Below are positions 46,605 to 58,700 of a stretch of DNA of 64,000 nt, piece after piece; the first letter of the stretch is position 1; each line of letters begins with the position of its first letter. This stretch comes from Naegleria gruberi (taxonomy: Eukaryota). Position numbers and translations under genes: made by a program. Location: the NCBI GenBank assembly GCA_000004985.1, contig GG738920.1; one strand, given 5' to 3'. Below the pieces are notes generated by a model. It searched no databases, had not been told where the DNA came from, and worked only from the letters and a program-made list of their open reading frames with translations.

Positions 46605-48140
46605 ATGTCCTCACATCGTCACCCTCTCGAACTCGAGGTTTTAACCTCCCTCAATCATTACCTCTCGAAGAAGAATAAGAATTTGGAATCTTGTCCTTTG
46701 GTTTTTGTTCCTCAAACTATTGTATATGAACATAACTTTCCGACTGTTTGGTATCAACAAAATCCTGCTACAAAGGAATTTAAAAAGAAGAGTGGTAAGG
46801 AATTGGAAACAAAGGCTATCATGAATGAATTTACTAGAAATATCGTTGTACCAAGAAGTGGAACTGGAGCATCAGGAGATCAACAAGATCCTAACGCTGC
46901 AGCAACAACACAAACTCAAGCAACTCCTGCAGTTGATCCAAATAATCCTGCAGCCTCTAATGAAAATGTTATGAATAATGATAATCATCACGGAATTGTT
47001 GCCCAATTCATTTCTCAAACTGAGGATGAAAAAACTGGTGAAATAATCAATAATGTTGAATTTTTGGATGTTGATAGTTTGGATGATTTCCTCTTCAAAA
47101 GAAAGAAGAGAGACAAGGGTATTTTACAACAATTTATCACTCCAAAAGGTCCATACAACTTTGTTATTCAAGCCATCTGGTCTCCTCACGTAACCAAGAT
47201 TGAGAGGCGTGTAAATATTCATAGAATTACTGATAGAAAGAATTACTCTCCATACGAAAGAGCAGTCACTTATGAAGGTCCAAGTCACTTTAGTAATGAA
47301 GTGTTTTGTGCTCCTCACTTGGAAAAGGAAATTAAGAGAGTTTGTTCTGCAATTGTTGACCACTTCTTTAGTGTTGAACACAAGAATATTACTAGAATGG
47401 TTTTGTACTTTAAGGTTGATCCAAAGAATAACTTGTACTTGCTGTGGAGTAGCAGTATTAGAATTGGTAATCAAAAGAATGATAAGCCTATTGTGACTGT
47501 AAACAATGGAAACACTCTCACTCCTCCAAAGAGAGAACCATTAAATCTCTCTCCAAAATTCAACTATAATCATTTCGATTCTCAAGAGGAAAAAGATGGA
47601 TCAAAATCAAAGGATGATTATGGTGACGTTTTGGACAAGATTGATAGTAAAAAGCCAAAGAAAGCCAAGTCCAGTAAGGTTGATACAACTCAATCATTAG
47701 CAATGACTGAAAATTCATTTGACTTCTCTACGAGAGATGAATTTGATAATAATGATGGAAATAACGATTGTGACAGAGACGAAGAATTCCAAAAAATCAA
47801 ACAAGATTTACAACAAGAGTTAGACGACTTGCTCTATTTGGCTTACTCACACTTCCTTCACAATAGTGAAATTGAAGAACAAACTATGGAATTCCCATTC
47901 TTGATGCCACCAATTTTATTGAAGGCATTCGGTGAGGAAAGTACTTTGGTTCAACTTTTTTCGAATCGTGATCTCAACTTGACAAGAGACGAAAGAGAAG
48001 ACGGTGTTTACATTCTTAGCCTCAAGCAAGCTTCATCTATGAATAAGTTGCAACATGAATTCACAACTTTCAAGGAATATCTTATGGAATGTTTCGAAAG
48101 TGAAGGATATTACGAATCAAACTTCAAAGTTCAAGAATAA
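46605..48140 (+). CDS. hypothetical protein (conserved-looking central domain, acidic C-terminus)
   Basis: 511-aa ORF (aaaaaATGtcc). No motif recognised. Confidence 0.4.
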   Translation: MSSHRHPLELEVLTSLNHYLSKKNKNLESCPLVFVPQTIVYEHNFPTVWYQQNPATKEFKKKSGKELETKAIMNEFTRNIVVPRSGTGASGDQQDPNAAATTQTQATPAVDPNNPAASNENVMNNDNHHGIVAQFISQTEDEKTGEIINNVEFLDVDSLDDFLFKRKKRDKGILQQFITPKGPYNFVIQAIWSPHVTKIERRVNIHRITDRKNYSPYERAVTYEGPSHFSNEVFCAPHLEKEIKRVCSAIVDHFFSVEHKNITRMVLYFKVDPKNNLYLLWSSSIRIGNQKNDKPIVTVNNGNTLTPPKREPLNLSPKFNYNHFDSQEEKDGSKSKDDYGDVLDKIDSKKPKKAKSSKVDTTQSLAMTENSFDFSTRDEFDNNDGNNDCDRDEEFQKIKQDLQQELDDLLYLAYSHFLHNSEIEEQTMEFPFLMPPILLKAFGEESTLVQLFSNRDLNLTRDEREDGVYILSLKQASSMNKLQHEFTTFKEYLMECFESEGYYESNFKVQE

Positions 48141-48184
48141 ATTTAACAATTAAGTTTATTTAATTTATTACAGAACTAGGTGCA

Positions 48185-49816
48185 TTAAAGAGTGATATTT
48201 TTCATCTTCCATTGTCCATCAATAAACGAACCAAAACTCTTAAAGTTAGCAAACGAAAAGTTACCATCAATATTTGAGCCAGCAAAGTTTTCAGAGGAGA
48301 AGGCAATCTTTCCATCTTTCCAATTCCAAACACCAGAGATAAATTTACCTTCTTTCCATTCTCCATCTAAACTAGAACCATCAGCTGCGAAAGTGTAAAC
48401 ACCTTTTCCAGTTTTATGGTCGTCCTTAAACTCTCCAACGTACATATCACCGTTGCTATACAAATAAATTCCTCTTTCACATTGTTTCTTGTCGTCCACA
48501 TAGTCACCATAGAATCTATCTCCATTGTGATACAACATTCTTCCTTTTCCATTCTTCATATTTTTCTTCCAATCTCCTACATAGTAGCAGAGAGGAACAT
48601 TTTCTGGATTGAAAGCTTCTTCATCACCTTCAGCATTTCCATCATCTTCCTCGTCTTTTTCTTCTTGTTCTTTTTCTTTCTTTTCCCTCAATTGTTTCAA
48701 ATAGTCACCTCTGTAAATATAGGCACCCATTCCCTCACGAATGGTGTTGTCGAAAGTACCAATATATACATCGTCATTTGGATAGTATGCCGATCCGAAA
48801 CCATGTCTGTATTTTACAATAATTGGTTTAGGTGGTTCGACAACCTTGACTTTCTTTGGCTTCTTCTCAACAGGTTCCTTAGGTTCATCGTCGTCATTAT
48901 TTTCATTGTCATCTTCATTCTTTTCCTCAGAGTTTTCATCTGTGGTAGGGGGTTCTTCCTTAGGTTCTTCTTTTGGTGGTTCCTCTTCAACTACTGGTGG
49001 TATTTCAACAGGTATTTCAAATTCGGCTGTTTCTCCCTCATAAATACCATATTCTCCAATTTGCTTAATCAACTCTACGGTATACTTTTCAAATTTCTCA
49101 ACAAGTCCCGAGGCAAAGTCTTTTTCTTCTTCTGGTTCTTCTTCTTCTTCAGTTGATTCTTTTGGTTCATTTTGCTTCTTTTCAAGAAGATGGAGTCTTC
49201 TTTTTTCTTTTTGCCATTCCTTGATTATTTCAAAATCTTGCTCATTGACCAAATTGGCTACCTTCTTTGGTCCAAAAGCTCTCAATAAAAATTCAATAAC
49301 AGGATACTTTCTATTCATTGTTGCCCAACTAACAATTGAATATCCTTTAATAGGATGCTTCATTGAGATAAGTTCATGAGAGCTACTAGTACTGCCACCA
49401 CTATCATCACCATCATCACCCCCATCTTCCTTTCTCTTTGCTTCCTTAAATATTTTGATCACTTCATTAACTTTGTTTTCATCAGCAAATTGGAAAACTG
49501 GAGGAATATTAATTACTACAACAAACAAACTTGGCCATTCAATTGCCTCCACTTTTTTGACTGTAAGAGAAATTCTCCACTTATTTGTATCAAGTTTCCA
49601 GTCCAAAGAATTTGGATTTACAGCCTCATGAAGTGTATCCTCCAATAATTTTTCTTCATCTTCTCCCGGTTTTCTTACAACAATTGACAATTTTTTCCCT
49701 ACAATTGAAACATCAATATCCTCCTGTACCAAATCTTCAGGACTTGGTAGCTCAACTGTTATAGCATTCTTTGTTTGCTTAAACGTATAATTATGTTCTT
49801 GGGGTTCATCAGACAT
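48185..49816 (-). CDS. CS (p23/HSP20-like) domain + MORN-repeat protein
   Basis: N-terminal CS-like beta-sandwich (YTFKQTKNAITVELPSPEDL...DVSIVGKKLSIVVRK...WRISLTVKK), a central E/K-rich acidic region, and C-terminal MORN repeats (YIGTFDN..REGMGAYIY, YGDYVDDKKQCERGIYLYSNGDMYVGEFKDDHKTGKGVY). The track start is TTG. ATG at 49814-49816. Confidence 0.5.
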   Translation of the reverse strand: MSDEPQEHNYTFKQTKNAITVELPSPEDLVQEDIDVSIVGKKLSIVVRKPGEDEEKLLEDTLHEAVNPNSLDWKLDTNKWRISLTVKKVEAIEWPSLFVVVINIPPVFQFADENKVNEVIKIFKEAKRKEDGGDDGDDSGGSTSSSHELISMKHPIKGYSIVSWATMNRKYPVIEFLLRAFGPKKVANLVNEQDFEIIKEWQKEKRRLHLLEKKQNEPKESTEEEEEPEEEKDFASGLVEKFEKYTVELIKQIGEYGIYEGETAEFEIPVEIPPVVEEEPPKEEPKEEPPTTDENSEEKNEDDNENNDDDEPKEPVEKKPKKVKVVEPPKPIIVKYRHGFGSAYYPNDDVYIGTFDNTIREGMGAYIYRGDYLKQLREKKEKEQEEKDEEDDGNAEGDEEAFNPENVPLCYYVGDWKKNMKNGKGRMLYHNGDRFYGDYVDDKKQCERGIYLYSNGDMYVGEFKDDHKTGKGVYTFAADGSSLDGEWKEGKFISGVWNWKDGKIAFSSENFAGSNIDGNFSFANFKSFGSFIDGQWKMKNITL

Positions 49817-49969
49817 TTTTTTTGTATATTTTTGAATGATGATATTTGGCGCCAATTTTAAATCATCTACAATTTTAAACCTGCTAAACCATTTCCCGCC
49901 AAAAAAACAAGTTTAATAAGTTGGGGAAAAAGGAACTTGATTATTAGATAAATATAAACTTTAAAAAAA

Positions 49970-50915
49970 ATGTCGTCATTCTCAACCAAACCTCACTCTC
50001 CCCGTTTTAATAGCCAGGCTGTTGAGTTGAATGAAATTTTACAGTACATACAAAATAGATGCACTCAGAGTTTATCATGTGATGGATATCATTATGGATG
50101 GAATGGACAATATGAATGTGTATTGGAGGATGCTGCCATCAAAGTGAATATTACCAAGTTTATTGAAAAAAACAGGGAGGAACAGTTTGTATATTATTAT
50201 GTAAGACCTGATTATAGGAAGGATGATAAGGTGATTGATTATATTGTAAATGAATCATCGGAATTGATTGTTGAAAAAGATTCCTTCTTGTTGGATCGTT
50301 TGAACGGAAGAAAGGTTGTCTATTGGGAAAAGTGTAATTTTGTGGAATATCAAGCTGTGGAGAAGGCCTACGGGGATCACCATGCTGAGAGATCGGGTGT
50401 TCATCTCATCAATCATATTGATGAAGGGATGTACATTTTGAAAAAAGTGGGAGCTTCTGAACTAGCTCAAAAAGCTTATATTTTACACCCTCTCATTCAA
50501 GGAGACTCAGAAATCAAGGAATTTTTTAACAACCAATTGCTGAATGATGAGAATAGGAATAAGTGGGATATCAGAGTTATAATGCTTGCCACCGAGTACA
50601 GAAATATTGCAAACGCTTACCTATCTCACTGTGCATCTTCAGAAACATTTGCATTGAGTTCACTAAAGGAAGTTAATCAGATGTTAATGTAAGTTTCCTA
50701 CTATTTAAAATAGTTGAATTAACATTTCTAGTGCTGATAAGATTCAAAACAGAAAAGATTTTGAAAAGTATCACATCTTGACACACCCAAAAACAAATCG
50801 TCTACAAGAGTATTTTGGACAATGGTTAAGAAGATTGGAAATCTCTGAGGAATATTACAAACAAACAGTTGAAGAAATTTATAATCTTATTGGTAGTTCC
50901 TCTAAATATCTCTAA
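49970..50915 (+). CDS. hypothetical protein. join(49970..50688,50732..50915).
   Basis: 240-aa ORF ending ...VNQMLM, then a 43-nt GTAAGT...TTCTAG intron and a 61-codon in-frame exon (IADKIQNRKDFEKYHILTHPKTNRLQEYFGQW...) to TAA at 50913. Confidence 0.4.
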
Positions 50916-51120
50916 TTTGAATTGATAAACTTTAATTTAAAACTCTATGCAAGTTGTTCATATTTATGGTAATTATGAATTTGAACTCAATGGTAGTGAA
51001 GTATCTAAATTAATTAGTCAATTCGTCAAGAAGAATTGAAAACTTTATTCTCTGTTGTTGTATTATAGAACTAATATTAATAAATTTTGTAAATATAGTA
51101 AGAATTGGAAGAGATTTCTA

Positions 51121-53739
51121 TTATTTTACATGCTTATCAGGTAAGTGAATCATCTTAACTTTAAGGCATTTGGCTCTTGTAGAATCAATCAAAGTATTCA
51201 AAGTTGTTTTTTTGATTTTTGTAATGCAAAGCTCTTTAACAGATGAAAGAGACCAACAAGGAAATTCAACATTAAATGTGTCAATAAGGTTAATGTGAAT
51301 GAGGTTCAATTTAGAGTTGTCTATTTCTTTGGTATAATGAAGTTTTAGATTGTAACAGGTCTCAATTTTTAGATTAGTTAATAATGGAAGCAGTGCCATG
51401 TCAAGTTCTACTGTTTGACTTGATGAAATAGTTAAGCTTTTCAAAATACATGTTGCATTGTTTGAGAATATTGTTTGCTGACTTATGTTGAGTGTTTCCA
51501 AATTAGAAAGTTTCTGCAAATCTATTGGAAAGTTGATTAGTTTCTGATTACCATTTGTCATAATTGTTAAACTATTAAGAGTGGCTGATTCAACTGGTGG
51601 GGGAATTTTCATCTCTGGATAGACAGTTAAACTTGCTATCATTAATCCAGGATTAGATAAAATAGCATTAACTTTTTCCGTTACATTGCTTGTTTGTTCA
51701 CATGAAAGATTTGATAATTTTCGAGTACAATACATATAGAGACCATCACTGTTAATATATTCCACTACTTCATATTCCTGAGCTTTTCCTGAAATGCTTG
51801 ACAAAATTTGATTCCAAATATCAGATGACATGTTGGAGAATTTGATTTTCCTAATTGTAGACACTTGCTTCAAATTATTTACAAGCAAATCTAATAGGTT
51901 CTTATTGCTATTACTAATGCTCAAATCAAGATTGTCAATGTTGCTTGAATAAGGGAAAATTAAGAAATTATTTGGGTCATTAATTGTTAACAGAGAAATG
52001 CTGTGGATCTGAACGGAAAAATGATTGATTTCCCCAACATTAATTTCACAAATAGATTGATCTGTAATTTGTAGGATGAATATAGATAGACTCTTACATG
52101 AAGGAGATGATAAGGACAAAAACTGAGGATTTCTATACATGTAAAATGATGTAGAAATAGGATGGCTAGATTGTTCAATATTGATTGATTCAGTTACTGA
52201 ATTAAAATTACATCTGTCAAGTTTACAATCTTTAGCATGGAAAGACAAGGATGAAGAAATGTCAACATCATCCAATTTAGGAAGATCTAGTGCTTGTATA
52301 TTTCTTGCTTCTGAAACTTTCAAAACCTCCAATTTGTGAAATTTCGAATCAAAATACAAATCCAATTTTTGATTATAGTCCTCGACACATGATCTAACAT
52401 TTAGATTCTCCAAAGAGTCATAATGCTTGTCAATCAAGAAATCTTTTCTGAATTTTGAATATTTCAATTCAAGAGTTTGCAGCTTTGGAAATAGTTTTTG
52501 GTTTTCAACACTCAATTCAAAATGCTCTAATTCAAAATATGAAAGTATAGGTGCATCAACATTGTCAAACTTGATGTGATGTAATTTCAGAGTTTGCATT
52601 GTTGGATTCAATTCTTCTTGGTATTTTCCATGAAAATCTAGCCATTTCAAGTGTGGTAGTGAAATATCCTTTAGAACAATTGTCTCCTCTGGTGCAGATT
52701 TCAAAGTGACAGAAACTCTTTTCAAGTATTGATAGAGAACACTAAAACATTGAGTTTCTATAGCAAATACAGTCGTTGTTACTTGAATATTTGGACAACT
52801 TTGCACAAAATTTGAAATATTTTTCAATAATACATTCGATTTCCCCTCTCCCAAGTTGATTGACATGTTAACTCTCTTCATTTCATTTTTCTTTTCACTT
52901 GTAAATTTGGAAATTAGGTTCCTTTTCAAAACATCTTGGAGTGAGAAGAAGGATGAATAGCTCACAACAATGCCTTCCATTTCATGCCACCAATTCTTTT
53001 TTTCAAAATCAATTTCAGAATTGAACCAATAATTGCAATCTACATAATTCGATTGCGATCTAAAAGAAGCACATCGAATGTGTGGAAATTTCTCATGATA
53101 CCTTCCAATAGTCAAATGAGTTTCCTTTCTCTTGTGTAATTCTAGAGGTAGAGGATTGAAACCCTCAAAGTAAATATCCATACTATCTGTATCACAGAGA
53201 ACATTAACAAATTCAGAGTAGGAATCGAGTAATTCCAATTCACATGAAGAATAATGATGAATTTTGTTTTTTTTTTCTTGTGCAATAAAAGTACTTGTGG
53301 AAGGTACCTTTCCTTCCTTGATTGTTTCCAAAGTGGAATCATCATCAATGGGAGGACAATAAGAAACCTCTCCCATATAATAATCTACCTTTTGTTTCGA
53401 ATAACTTTCAAAGGTTGGCAGCTTTAAATTTGCATAATTCTCATCACATCTCATCACTAATTTCTTACATAATTTCAAGTTGCAATCCAAAAAACATGGA
53501 AATCTAAATAAACATCTCGACCACAAATCCGTATTATTTCTCACCAAATCTCTCAATTTACGATTCGTATGCACGAGTGAGATGAGAGAAGTGTAATCGG
53601 AACAGGAAATGCAAGAAAGTGCTGGAAATGGATAACAAATTACGAGAGGTTTAGCAAAAAAGTAGTCACATATTTGTGAGATGAGATCTTCAGAGAGATC
53701 GTAGAGTTTGTAGTGATGGAGGCTTTGGTTTTCGTTCAT
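51121..53739 (-). CDS. large F-box-like / LRR-like hypothetical protein
   Basis: 872-aa single ORF with ATG at 53737-53739. N-terminal YKLYDLSEDLISQICDYF (F-box-like). Leu-rich repeats with LxxLxLxxN periodicity. Confidence 0.4.
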   Translation of the reverse strand: MNENQSLHHYKLYDLSEDLISQICDYFFAKPLVICYPFPALSCISCSDYTSLISLVHTNRKLRDLVRNNTDLWSRCLFRFPCFLDCNLKLCKKLVMRCDENYANLKLPTFESYSKQKVDYYMGEVSYCPPIDDDSTLETIKEGKVPSTSTFIAQEKKNKIHHYSSCELELLDSYSEFVNVLCDTDSMDIYFEGFNPLPLELHKRKETHLTIGRYHEKFPHIRCASFRSQSNYVDCNYWFNSEIDFEKKNWWHEMEGIVVSYSSFFSLQDVLKRNLISKFTSEKKNEMKRVNMSINLGEGKSNVLLKNISNFVQSCPNIQVTTTVFAIETQCFSVLYQYLKRVSVTLKSAPEETIVLKDISLPHLKWLDFHGKYQEELNPTMQTLKLHHIKFDNVDAPILSYFELEHFELSVENQKLFPKLQTLELKYSKFRKDFLIDKHYDSLENLNVRSCVEDYNQKLDLYFDSKFHKLEVLKVSEARNIQALDLPKLDDVDISSSLSFHAKDCKLDRCNFNSVTESINIEQSSHPISTSFYMYRNPQFLSLSSPSCKSLSIFILQITDQSICEINVGEINHFSVQIHSISLLTINDPNNFLIFPYSSNIDNLDLSISNSNKNLLDLLVNNLKQVSTIRKIKFSNMSSDIWNQILSSISGKAQEYEVVEYINSDGLYMYCTRKLSNLSCEQTSNVTEKVNAILSNPGLMIASLTVYPEMKIPPPVESATLNSLTIMTNGNQKLINFPIDLQKLSNLETLNISQQTIFSNNATCILKSLTISSSQTVELDMALLPLLTNLKIETCYNLKLHYTKEIDNSKLNLIHINLIDTFNVEFPCWSLSSVKELCITKIKKTTLNTLIDSTRAKCLKVKMIHLPDKHVK

Positions 53740-54467
53740 TTTTTTTTTTAAATTTACTGTTCCAGTTGATTAGGTTGTTTACAATGACCTTTCGAATGAG
53801 TTTTATTTCACACGCTGGAAAGGGCGGTCAGGCCAATAATAGTTGTTCAAAATTTTGCTGTACTATGAGAAAGGTTGGGATTCAACTCTTTTTGAAAAAG
53901 TTTGGCACTCAGTTTATCTTATTGAGGCAGCCATTGGATTTTTTAAAATAATTTTCCTTAATTTTGGAAATCAAAAAAAATGTTCAAACTTAAAATCCTT
54001 ATTCCCAACAGACATTGCATTGTTGTTAGAGGTGCTGGTGCAATACTTGCTTTTAATAAATCAATCAACAACAATAAACACTTTACCACCACCTGCATTC
54101 CATTCAACAAATGTAAAGACTTTGATAAATGGACAAGAATGGATTGAATGGCCCTCTTGAAGAACTCATCTTTATATTCTCTCAATTGGTCCAATTAAAT
54201 GCACCAGAAGTTGAAGATATCTTTACAGAATCAACAGAATTTATTGCCTCTGATTGTATTGATTGATTCATTTCATGCCATCAACACAAACACTAGCCCC
54301 AATGGTTCTCTTTATGAAGTTGGAATTCTCCTATTCGAAAGCATGAAATATGAGCTGAAATCCAGTGCCACTTTGTCTCTTGTTTTATCTGCCAATTCCT
54401 TTCCAAACCAGTTTATCTTCAGCCGATACATGTTACAATCTCAAAGTTGTAAACCTAGAGTTGCTGT

Positions 54468-55609
54468 TTGGAGCAAATGTTTTTCAAGAAATTACATTCG
54501 AATTGTTCTCTGCATATCTACATAGTGGTCAAAGAATTGGGAGGAAATCCAGTGGCATGTGATAGCGCAAAAGAGCTTTCTCCTTATCTATCCAGAATAA
54601 TTGTTTCTGTTTTATTAATGTGTAGTGGAAATGGAAGAGCAATGGAAAATATGTATTACCATTATGGTTCAGACCTTGCTAAAATGGTAGCTGACGAATT
54701 GTCAATTTCCCCACTTGAAAGGTCAACTCTATCTCACCAAGAATTTGATATTTTGGAACAATGTAGAAAGACAATACAAACCTTTGCGAAGAAATACCCA
54801 GACAAACCTGAAGTTGGATTCTTTGATGAAGGTGAAGCACAGTATTTCCAATTAATCAAAGTGATGGGAATTACAAAACCACCATATCAACCACTTTTCC
54901 CAAGATCAAAGGATAAGCATAGTTTGACGGAGTTTCAAAAGATTGGATGGTGTGTTAAACTTGGAGTGGATAAAGAGCTATGTCAAGCAAGTTATGCTGG
55001 TTCCTTTATGATAAACATTTAACAAAACCGAAATTCCAAACGAAACTACAAGATGATCATTTCAAAAAAACTATTGCAGCCTCTATTTGGGCAAGCTATT
55101 GTTTGGGCTGTTTGGAATCTAATGTACCGATTGGATCATGTCTTCCAATTGAAAAAGTACTTCCTGAAAGTATGATTCCAGATGATTGCAAATCTGGCCA
55201 AGTTTCTCTCAAAGGGGTTGTAAAATTATGCAAGCAATTTGATTCTCTATCAGATATTGATGTTCTACCTGTGGAAAGGGTAATTCTTAATTCTGCAAAA
55301 GCAAAATTTGCAGATATAATTTTGCCTGTCAAGGTCAAAAACGAGCAAAGATTTATTGGCATACAAGCATGTTACCTCAAGTCAAATAGATCACAATCCA
55401 ACCTATTCAAAATGGTTCAAGATATGAAATATGTATTAGAATTACCATCTTTCTCATACCTCTTTATATCCACTTACAATGTTCTCAACTTTCCAATTCC
55501 CAAAAAAATAGCACCACATGTTAATTATTTATTGAAACACCAAACCCAGTTTAAAGCAACACTGCCAAATAATCTGGTTTCCTATTGGTGGAATCAAATA
55601 ATTCTCTGA
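54468..55609 (+). CDS. hypothetical protein, two track ORFs possibly joined by an about 52-nt intron (54997..55048, weak GTTCCT donor). Upstream exons in 53990..54470 unresolved.
   Basis: Frames 54468..55022 and 54980..55609 can be joined in phase (...CQASYA|D|DHFKKTIAAS...). Three different open frames lie upstream in 53843..54562, suggesting more short introns. Confidence 0.25.
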
Positions 55610-55712
55610 AAATAGTAAAGAAGTTCACTAACATGATGTGCTTTATTTCAAAGATACTACATAATCTCAGAAAAGAATGTATAATTTGAAAAAAGTGAAA
55701 AGAGTTCCTGAA

Positions 55713-58700
55713 CTAATAGAAATAAGAATTATCCATTCCTTCTGTCCATGAATCCACTTCTGAACATGTTGATTCTACTTCTGATTCATCTCCAGTCAAG
55801 TCATACAAGTCATCATCATCATTATAATTCTCATCATATTCTCCTTCACTATTTTCTTCAAGATTTTGAATTTCTTCATCCGAATCCACTCTAATTTCCT
55901 TCTCTTTCGTAGCAATCATTACCAGTTCCTTAAAGTTTATCCACCCAAAACTGAAAATATTGAACTGATTTTTCTCTGTATGAGTAATGTAATACCAGGC
56001 AGAGGCAATTGCCAATCGCTCACTCTCCCCATATTTCCTTACCATCTCTTCGAAAACATTCCTAAAATGTTTCAGGTAGAATGAAATGGTGATTGCAATG
56101 GTTTCGTGAATATCATGTTCCTTATGTCCAAAGCATTTGATATTGGTATTAATCCAACCTGAAATAATTTGTGATTCGTCCTCAACGCCATACTTTACCA
56201 TATCCGAGTTGACAAATCTACTGTAATTGTAATAATGTGGCTCTATTTCCTTCAAGTACTTGTCAAATCCGTCAACAATGAGTAATGAATTGTGCTTTTT
56301 GTTGCATTTTCCTGGTGTTTCATGTTTGAATTGTGTTTCATCAAATAGTTTTCCAAGCACTTTTTTAGACTTGTACTTTCTTTTCATAGAAGAAATCATA
56401 AAGTGTGGATATTCATATAATTTGACCTTTGATGGAATGATTGCAAATTTACCACTCTTGGCACTGTCTACAGCTGTTGAGTGAAGCTCACAAAGTGTTA
56501 AACATTCCTTCGATGTTAAACCATTTTTTCTAAAATCAGAATTAGCCAAATGAGTATTGGCAATCAATCCAAGATTATTTCTCGTAATAAACTCTATGAA
56601 AAAGTCTATAATATCATCTTGCTTAATCTTGTATTCTTCTTCCTCCTCGTCTTTTTTGTTTGTTGGTTTGGCTACAGCTCCAACTGAATAGTCCATTGGT
56701 TCAGAATCTGATTCAGGAATCAAGTCTGGATCCCAATAGACAAAAAATTGATCACCATCAAGATCTGAGCCTGTTATCATGTTTGTTATTGGCCTTTTTC
56801 CTTTCTTAGAAAATACCACAACATCATTTAAATGGTAAAGTTCTGGACGATCGACTGCTGTTACTATTCTCAAATCACCTTTATGTAGAGAAGGGTTCTT
56901 TCCAACAATACATCTTCCCTTAACTACTCCAAATTCAGCATTAGGTCTATGAAAGATAGGTGATAAATTAACAAAGATTTCATTTTCCTCCAAAACTCCA
57001 TACTCATCAATGGCTCCCATTAAATACGCTGATTTCTCAATATATATTTTAGTCTTGTCTCGTAATCCTTTCAATAATTGTTCCTTATATGAACTCAACA
57101 TATTCATGATAAAATTTTCTGATGTTGCAATTTCTGGTACATATTTAAGAACATGGCAAATAAATGTCCTTGTATGGTTGGAATGGTAAATCGACAGCCA
57201 TTCATAGGCCTTTGAGACATCGTCTGTTATACTAAGAATGGAACGTATCATTTCTCTCTGTTTTGTCATGAATATTTCATCCTTAATTCCAAGTGCTGTC
57301 AAAATTGTTATGAATTGTCTATTCAAAAATCCACTTCTCCTCTTTGAGTAATCCACAATTTCCAATTGTTTCTGTATTGAGGTAAATTTGAATTGACTCT
57401 TTCTGAAAACTATTTGTTCTCCTTTTAAAGTTGGATCTATTGCTAATACTCCCTTTCCTCCTCCACATCTAAATTGAATAGCTGATAGTAATGATTCTCC
57501 TAATTGAAGCTTTTCCTTTACTCGTTGCATCATTTCTTCACTTATCTTTCCAATACCATCTGTAAAAGTGAATCCATTTCTTTCAATATCTTCAACTGGT
57601 TCAATATCTTTAGTAATTTCAATTGATGGAGTTGTACTTGTTAAGCATTGTCCAAATCTTGCTGCAACCTTTGCAGGTGTTTTAATGTCAGTGAAATCTC
57701 CCATATAATCGAATGTCCTGTGGTGATGGTTTCAACTTGTTGTAATCTCTGAGGAAAAACCAACTTGACGAATTTCTTAATTGTGAAGATGAAAATCCAA
57801 GAAATTCCAATCGTTTCATGTCAGTAATCATTATACCTCTACTCATCAGTTGCTTGATACGATTGCTAATATTTCTGAACTCACTCGCGAACAGATTATT
57901 GAAATTATCATCTAAGAAATTAACTCTAAAAAAGTTTTCTCTACTTCCCCACTTTTTATCGGCGTATCTGATGACTAGATTTGTTTTATCAACCTCAGGA
58001 GGTAAAAAGTAAATCTTGGTAGGTGTTACAATGACCTTTTTGCACAGATTCACCTCTTGTGCAGAGTCTCCCTGCATTAATATAGAACGACTCATTTGTA
58101 ATTGGTAATCTTTTGAATTTAAATACGTTTCAATAGTTTCTTCCAAATTGTAAACTCTACTTGGATACTTGATTAAATAGTCAAAGTAAATCTTTTCCAA
58201 AAGGGTTCCCATTTTGATTTTGTACTCGTTTGATTCGTCTCCTTTTAACAATTCGAAAAATTTGTCACTATAATTGCATGGACTGAAAATACCATGACTT
58301 TCTAATACCAATAAATAATATTGAATATTGTAAAAGTCAAGTTTTCTAATCTTTTCCAAAGAGGAGTTTGAAATTTCAAACTTCTTGTGACAGAAATCAA
58401 TACTTTTGATTGGAACTGCCTCTATTTTCTCTTTCAATAACTCAAACAATTTTGGTATCTGCTTTTTGACATCCTGGAACAAACTCAATTTCAGTAAAAA
58501 CACCTGAGTAAGTCCAATGTCTTCAAAAAGAGTATTTGTTTCTTTGCAAATCCTTGCACGTGAGGTTGTTTTAAAATTTTCCATATACTGTTGTTCCAAC
58601 ATGAGTGGAATATTCTTTGATTCCAATTCCAAGAAGAATTTTCCAACAATCTAATTCCATTCTTAATAGTTGCCAAATTGAATCTTAATTCAAATAACTT

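Noticed and set aside
48416-49156. 246-aa + strand ORF, and other antisense ORFs (8616..8861, 8904..9188, 59669..59980, 42731..43012, 28191..28406)
   Set aside because: They are low-complexity (F/L/S-rich) translations of the antisense of well-supported genes. They are artefacts of AT-rich or repeat sequence.
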